Source of the DNA: a virus
Lineage: Duplodnaviria; Caudoviricetes
DNA: 64,000 bases
Reading direction: 5' to 3' (one strand)
Virus record (IMG/VR): IMGVR_UViG_3300028591_005215
Span: 96,001-160,000 of that record
A program made the position numbers and the translations under genes. Below, piece after piece: positions 59,055 to 64,000 of this stretch (the stretch's first letter is position 1; the number at the start of each line of letters is the position of its first letter). The notes beneath the pieces are model-generated. The model was not told where the DNA came from. It made no database searches and was given only the letters and a program-made list of their open reading frames with translations.

Positions 59055-59477
59055 TTACGACATTAAAATATTTTTAATTGCTAACTTGCGTTCAACTTCA
59101 TCATATGTTTCTCCAAACATAAATATTAGTCTTCCGTCTTCAGGGTAAGAATCATAACCGTCAATATTCTCGAAACACAATGAAACTACACCGTCCATAC
59201 AATCTTGCATCCCAAAGCATCCATTATTTTGAATTAAGTCAAATTGTATTTTTGTCTTTACTATATGCGTTTCAGTTTTATACTCTTCTGCCACCATTAG
59301 GCTATTAATAAGGGAACAAGGTTTATATTCAAAATCATCACCCCACACTTCATCAGGGTTGTCGGTAAAAATGAATTCATACCTATAGTTACCATCTTCT
59401 TCTTGCCCCACTAAATTTACGAAGCATAGATAAAGTTTTTTTTCTTCAGTTTCATCAAATTCCAAATCTTCATTCAT
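59055..59477 (-). CDS. Acidic hypothetical protein
   Basis: 140-aa ORF co-oriented with its neighbours. Confidence 0.7.
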   Translation of the reverse strand: MNEDLEFDETEEKKLYLCFVNLVGQEEDGNYRYEFIFTDNPDEVWGDDFEYKPCSLINSLMVAEEYKTETHIVKTKIQFDLIQNNGCFGMQDCMDGVVSLCFENIDGYDSYPEDGRLIFMFGETYDEVERKLAIKNILMS

Positions 59478-59590
59478 AACGCAGTATCATTTTTATTTAA
59501 TATTTTTTAAGCCAATTTGGCATATTTAATTAAATATACCAAATCAGCTCCTTTAATTATAAAATACTTCTAATGCTTTTTAGCAATAAT

Positions 59591-61555
59591 TTATTTTTCC
59601 TTTTCCGATACAATAATATTATTAATAACATCTTGCTTACCACGAACAATATCTAACATTCTATCAAAATACGTCCCATTAAATGATTGATAATAAATTG
59701 TGCAAGGTTTTGTTTGGCTTAAACGGTGAATTCTGTTCTCAGCTTGCAAATTATCAGCTGGAACAAAGGAAAAATTGTTAAATACAACTACATCACCTGC
59801 TGTTAAGGTAAGACCTACCGAAGCACTTTGTAAATTACCTATGAAAACTTTTACATTATTATCTTTTTGAAAACGTTCTACTGATTCGTTTTTCTTTTTT
59901 AATGATATTTTGCCATTATGATAAACCGAAATACCTTCAAATTCTTTTCTAAATGCGTTTATTTCATTATCATATGCGCAAAATATAATAACTTTATGAT
60001 TTTTTTCAATGCATTTCCTAACAAGCGAAATTGTTCTTGGAATCATTTTATCAGCAAGCCATTGTCTTAAAATGCTGCCTTCAATAAGTTTTTTGTATTT
60101 TTCGGAATTTTCAGACTTTTCTTCAGAATCTAATTGCTGCTTATAATTATCCCAAATATTATCATATGAAATTTCTTCTTCAGTTGAAAGGCTGTAGTGT
60201 AAGAATTTTACACGTTTTTCGACCATAGATTTCAAATCTTCAGTTACACGTCTTAGATAAAAAGGTTTAATTATTTCCTGTAATTCATCCATATTAGTGT
60301 CTTCACCAGGTATTACTATTTTAGGGCAAGATTTTTCAAGGCATTCATCTAATAGTCTTTTTTCATTATAAGAAAGGTCCGCCCATTCCTTTTTACCGCA
60401 TTTCTTAAGGAAAATTGATGTGTACGCCTTTCTTGGGCCTTTTTTATAGAAGACTTTAGCCCCACAATATCTTATCATATAGTTTTCCCAATTTTTTGTA
60501 ACCCTACAACCTATAATTTTAAGCAAATTATAAAGATTATGAGCACCATTTGTTATCATTGTGCCTGTAAGTTCGAAAATTCCGTCAGGATTACTACGTT
60601 TAAGTAGGTCTTTTACAATTTTAAAACGTCCTGACGATGAATTTGACAGTCTATGCGCCTCATCAATGATAAAAAGGTCAAAATTTGACTTATATAATTG
60701 GCTATTATCCATTGCATCTGAAACAATTTGCGTGTTTCTTGACACAATTTCCTTTTCTTTTACTTCAGTGAACACATTTCCATTATCATCTACGTTTAAT
60801 TCCTTCTTTTTGATTTTTTGTGTTGGTATTTTATAAAAATTTTCCAAAATATCATAATTTATGATTGTAAATTTTGCATCATCCCATTTAGAGCCGTTAA
60901 CAATAGTAATGTCTTTTTCATCAACGTAGCTTTTCAACTCATTTTTCCATGTTTCCTTAACTGAAGCAGGACAAACAACCAAAATATGTTTATAGCCACC
61001 TGCAAGTGCTGCAACAATGGCAGAAACTGTTTTGCCAAGGCCCATTTCGTCCGCTAAAATCGCCTTTTTACGTGTTACAAGGAACTTTACTGCATCTTCT
61101 TGATGAGAGTAGAGAATTCTTCCACTTCTCTTGTTATAAGGGTTGAAATCTATTTCTTTTTTAGTCCAATCTTCTAATAAAAAGTCTGTTAGAACAGCAT
61201 CTTTGGAAACAAACATCATTTGTGCTTCTACTGATTGCCTGTATTTAGCATAAAACACGTAAGTTGTTGTTGTATCACCAATATACCACCCAACAAACAG
61301 TTTTTTAGGCGTAAAATCTATATTCCATTCTTCTTTCTTTTTCTCTCCCCACCATTCTGCTACTTTAACTAATTTATTAATTAAAATTGGCTTTTTATCG
61401 TAATTTCTAAGAATAAATTCTACTTGAAAATCATTTAATTGAGATGTTTTATAAGCATACACATTATTTTTAAGATTAATAATGTAAGGATTTTCCCCAT
61501 TATAATCTTTCAAAATTCCATATGCTTGTTCTGTCTTTTTTAATGATATTGCCAT
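59591..61555 (-). CDS. SNF2-family helicase/translocase
   Basis: LADEMGLGKT, VVCPAS, IIDEAH, LTGT, LRR, VGLTLT, QAENRIHR. Confidence 0.92.
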   Translation of the reverse strand: MAISLKKTEQAYGILKDYNGENPYIINLKNNVYAYKTSQLNDFQVEFILRNYDKKPILINKLVKVAEWWGEKKKEEWNIDFTPKKLFVGWYIGDTTTTYVFYAKYRQSVEAQMMFVSKDAVLTDFLLEDWTKKEIDFNPYNKRSGRILYSHQEDAVKFLVTRKKAILADEMGLGKTVSAIVAALAGGYKHILVVCPASVKETWKNELKSYVDEKDITIVNGSKWDDAKFTIINYDILENFYKIPTQKIKKKELNVDDNGNVFTEVKEKEIVSRNTQIVSDAMDNSQLYKSNFDLFIIDEAHRLSNSSSGRFKIVKDLLKRSNPDGIFELTGTMITNGAHNLYNLLKIIGCRVTKNWENYMIRYCGAKVFYKKGPRKAYTSIFLKKCGKKEWADLSYNEKRLLDECLEKSCPKIVIPGEDTNMDELQEIIKPFYLRRVTEDLKSMVEKRVKFLHYSLSTEEEISYDNIWDNYKQQLDSEEKSENSEKYKKLIEGSILRQWLADKMIPRTISLVRKCIEKNHKVIIFCAYDNEINAFRKEFEGISVYHNGKISLKKKNESVERFQKDNNVKVFIGNLQSASVGLTLTAGDVVVFNNFSFVPADNLQAENRIHRLSQTKPCTIYYQSFNGTYFDRMLDIVRGKQDVINNIIVSEKEK

Positions 61556-61660
61556 TATATTTTATATTATATATAAAATATAACTTTTTTTCAATACAAA
61601 TCAACTATTTATTTCTTATTTGCAAATGGAAACTATTTATTTATAAAAATAAAAAAATTA

Positions 61661-62380
61661 ATGAAAGTAATAATCACTGAATCACAATATAAAAAGTTGT
61701 TTGAAGCGCAAATGGAAGGATTTCGTTTGGATGCCTTAAATACAATGCCTTATGCTAAGAAAGTCAGATATTGCAAAGAAATGCTTGGGAATCCAATAGG
61801 GAATGGCTCAAGCAGAATTGTGTTCCAAATTGATGATGAAAAATGCCTTAAATTGGCTAAGAATCAAAAAGGGGTTGCACAAAATGAAGAAGAATGCTCA
61901 ATAACACGTGACAGTTATAAGGAACAGACAGGATTATTTCCTAAAGTATACCAATTTGATGGCGACCATACCCAACTGTTCGGATATGATGGTAATGAAG
62001 AACCAAGATATCAATGGATAGTATGTGAATATGTTCTACCAGCAAAGGCTCAAGACTTTAAAAAAGTCACAGGTTTTGATTGGAAACTTGTTTGTAATTT
62101 TATAATGTACCAAGGTAGTAGATATGAACGAGGGATTGCACGATATGATAGGTCTGTTATTAATGATAATAATATTGATGAAATATTGGAAGCTGACGAA
62201 AATGGTTCATATTTCTTAAATGAATTAGAAAATTATCTCGGAAGTTATCAACCACCAACAGGTGATTATACAAGATTAGCAAATTGGGGGATGGTTCAAC
62301 GTGATGGGGAAACACATATGGTTATCCTTGATTCAGGATTAAGTGAAGAAATATATAATAATTTTTACAGAAGAAGATAA
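61661..62380 (+). CDS. Protein kinase-like protein with an ITES leader
   Basis: IGNGSSRIVF (Gly loop), CLKLA (Lys), QNEEE (helix C), GDYTRLANWG (catalytic loop), ILDSGL (DFG equivalent). Confidence 0.75.
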   Translation: MKVIITESQYKKLFEAQMEGFRLDALNTMPYAKKVRYCKEMLGNPIGNGSSRIVFQIDDEKCLKLAKNQKGVAQNEEECSITRDSYKEQTGLFPKVYQFDGDHTQLFGYDGNEEPRYQWIVCEYVLPAKAQDFKKVTGFDWKLVCNFIMYQGSRYERGIARYDRSVINDNNIDEILEADENGSYFLNELENYLGSYQPPTGDYTRLANWGMVQRDGETHMVILDSGLSEEIYNNFYRRR

Positions 62381-62381
62381 A

Positions 62382-62654
62382 ATGAAAAAACTAATTAGAC
62401 TTACAGAAGGCGATTTGCACCGTATTATTGAAAATAGCGTTAAACGTGTTTTGAAAGAATATAACCATAATAGTTGACTTGGTAAGAAATTGGATATGGC
62501 AGACATGGAAGCTAAACATGGTAATGGTAATATAGATGACAAGCATGGTAGGGCTGCAATGGCTGCTATGAGCGATGATGATGAAACATCAGATATAGCA
62601 AAAAGAGATAAAGGCTTAGGTAGAAGACCTAAATATAAAGGTGATAAAGAATAA
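62382..62654 (+). pseudogene. Leader-bearing 90-codon gene interrupted by an in-frame TGA at 62475-62477
   Basis: MKKLIRLTEGDLHRIIENSVKRVLKEYNHNS*LGKKLDMAD...KYKGDKE*; the final TAA overlaps the next ATG. Confidence 0.6.
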
Positions 62655-63187
62655 TGGATTTCAATAAAAACACACAAAGAAGAGTACCAATCAATAGAAA
62701 CAATCTCTTTTATTCTGAAGAAGATTTTGATTTTGAAATGGAAATAGGTAAAAATTATATAGAACAGGACATGAACCAAACTGTAGTTCTATATCAGGTT
62801 GACTTAACTAAATCAAATGCAGACGCTTTATATGGTGAAACTGATGCTAAACAGGTTGCCTATAAAGCGCCTGTTGAAATTCATTGCGTTTATGAAATTG
62901 AACAACCAGAACTAAAATCGTATGACAAATCAAAAAATTTAGGTACATATATGAAAACTGGTAAATTAACACTTGGTGTTTATCAAGAAACATTGGATGA
63001 ACTTGGTGTTGATATTAAGAAGGGTGACTATATTGGTGTTCAGATAAGTCAAACACATATGGAATACTTTACTGTTTCAAATGATGGCAGAAATAACTAT
63101 GATAATGCGCACACATTGTTTGGAATCGAACCTTTATTTCGTACAATTTATGCTTATCCAGTCGACCAATCGGAATTCAGTGCGTAA
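62654..63187 (+). CDS. Head completion/neck protein (gp14-like)
   Basis: VVLYQVD...DALYGE...PVEIHC...IKKGDYI...YFTV. Confidence 0.55.
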   Translation: MDFNKNTQRRVPINRNNLFYSEEDFDFEMEIGKNYIEQDMNQTVVLYQVDLTKSNADALYGETDAKQVAYKAPVEIHCVYEIEQPELKSYDKSKNLGTYMKTGKLTLGVYQETLDELGVDIKKGDYIGVQISQTHMEYFTVSNDGRNNYDNAHTLFGIEPLFRTIYAYPVDQSEFSA

Positions 63188-63290
63188 CTACATGGCATTT
63201 TTTATGGTGCTAAATTTAACCGAATCACAGTTTGCAAAGATATTTGAAAATCTTTCCAATGAAGAATAGGAAAGATATTAAGAGAAGAAA

Positions 63291-63326
63291 TAATGGGAAC
63301 TATTTAATTTAGTTCCCATTATTTTT
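63291..63326 (+). terminator. Intrinsic terminator
   Basis: TAATGGGAACTA...TAGTTCCCATTA plus T run. Confidence 0.75.
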
Positions 63327-63356
63327 GCATATTTATTAATATAAAAAATTGTTAAA

Positions 63357-64000
63357 ATGGCATTAATACAACCAAAACCATATTTAGATAGGTTTAAAGT
63401 AAGGAATAAAGCAACAGGCAAAGAACGTAGAAGGAATATGTCAAAAATAATTTTAGAAAATTCTGCTTTTTTCCCTAAACCTATTACGTATGAAGATATA
63501 GATAAAGAATTTTTTAATTGGGTAGACAAAAAGCTTGATTTGGTATATGATGGAAAACGTTTACCTACATATAGATTGTTTTCCAATCAGAAGATTTCTG
63601 AATATTCTCAAACTTGGCAAAATCTTGATGATACAGGTAATATTATAATGAATTTTAAAACAATTACACGTGATAATAATCCACAACATGGCGAAGGGCA
63701 AGGCGCTCCGTTTAATGTACCTGGGCATAGGGATTATACAATGTTTGCTGTCCCTGTTTTACAAGAAAATGGGGAAGAAGCATATGATTTATATTCAATG
63801 AAGCAACCATTTGCTATTAATTTTGTATATACTGTAAATTTAATATGTAATAAGTATGAATTACTTAATAGATTTAACGAAATGGTTCATTATGAATTTC
63901 AATCGCTTGAATGCTATATAGCGCCTAATGGTCATGCAATGCCTATGATATTAGAATCCATTAATGATGAATCAGAATATACAATTGACGATAGGAAGTT
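63357..64000 (+). CDS. Tail completion/terminator-like protein (gp15-like), partial
   Basis: Manual translation MALIQPKPYL...EDIDKEFFNWV...QPFAINFVYTVNLICNKYELLNRFNE..., open to the window end; late motif at 63330. Confidence 0.5.
   Translation, partial: MALIQPKPYLDRFKVRNKATGKERRRNMSKIILENSAFFPKPITYEDIDKEFFNWVDKKLDLVYDGKRLPTYRLFSNQKISEYSQTWQNLDDTGNIIMNFKTITRDNNPQHGEGQGAPFNVPGHRDYTMFAVPVLQENGEEAYDLYSMKQPFAINFVYTVNLICNKYELLNRFNEMVHYEFQSLECYIAPNGHAMPMILESINDESEYTIDDRK

Noticed and set aside
63278-63586. 102-aa minus-strand ORF
   Set aside because: Overlaps the plus-strand gene starting at 63357, which has a late motif and stays open to the window end.
1-64000. Genome-wide stop-codon reassignment (TAG or TGA), as in some gut jumbo phages
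   Set aside because: Long genes are intact in the standard code, and TAG/TGA end genes at sensible places. Only one in-frame TGA (62475) was noticed.
1-64000. tRNA or rRNA genes
   Set aside because: No cloverleaf or T-loop signature was noticed in intergenic regions by eye; tRNAscan would be needed to exclude them.

Overview
A 64-kb, AT-rich segment of a large T4-like (myovirus-type, probably jumbo) phage read in the standard genetic code. The host is most likely Bacteroidota, based on three TTTG-N20-TATATTTG promoters. In order, the window holds: a head module (partial prohead protease, acidic scaffold, gp23-like major capsid protein) followed by a free-standing Zn-finger/Vsr-like endonuclease; a first cluster of coiled-coil and adhesin fibre genes; PhoH; baseplate/spike genes; a gp55-like sigma factor; a glycosyltransferase and nucleotide-metabolism block; an origin-like repeat region; probable head-cargo proteins; a second fibre cluster; a family B DNA polymerase; an SNF2 helicase; and neck/tail-completion genes. 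Highlights: (1) the polymerase gene is split in two through a Ser1/Asn/Thr+1 split intein, with an endonuclease gene between the halves; (2) unrelated proteins (kinase-like, ART-like, WYL, small proteins) share a KLIRLTESDL...ILKE-type leader that looks like a capsid-targeting, protease-cleaved cargo signal; (3) the fibre proteins share N-terminal domains and C-terminal DxGxY-like tails; (4) a TATTTAT motif, the reverse orientation of the T4 late promoter, sits upstream of late genes. All calls come from reading motifs by eye; no searches were run.
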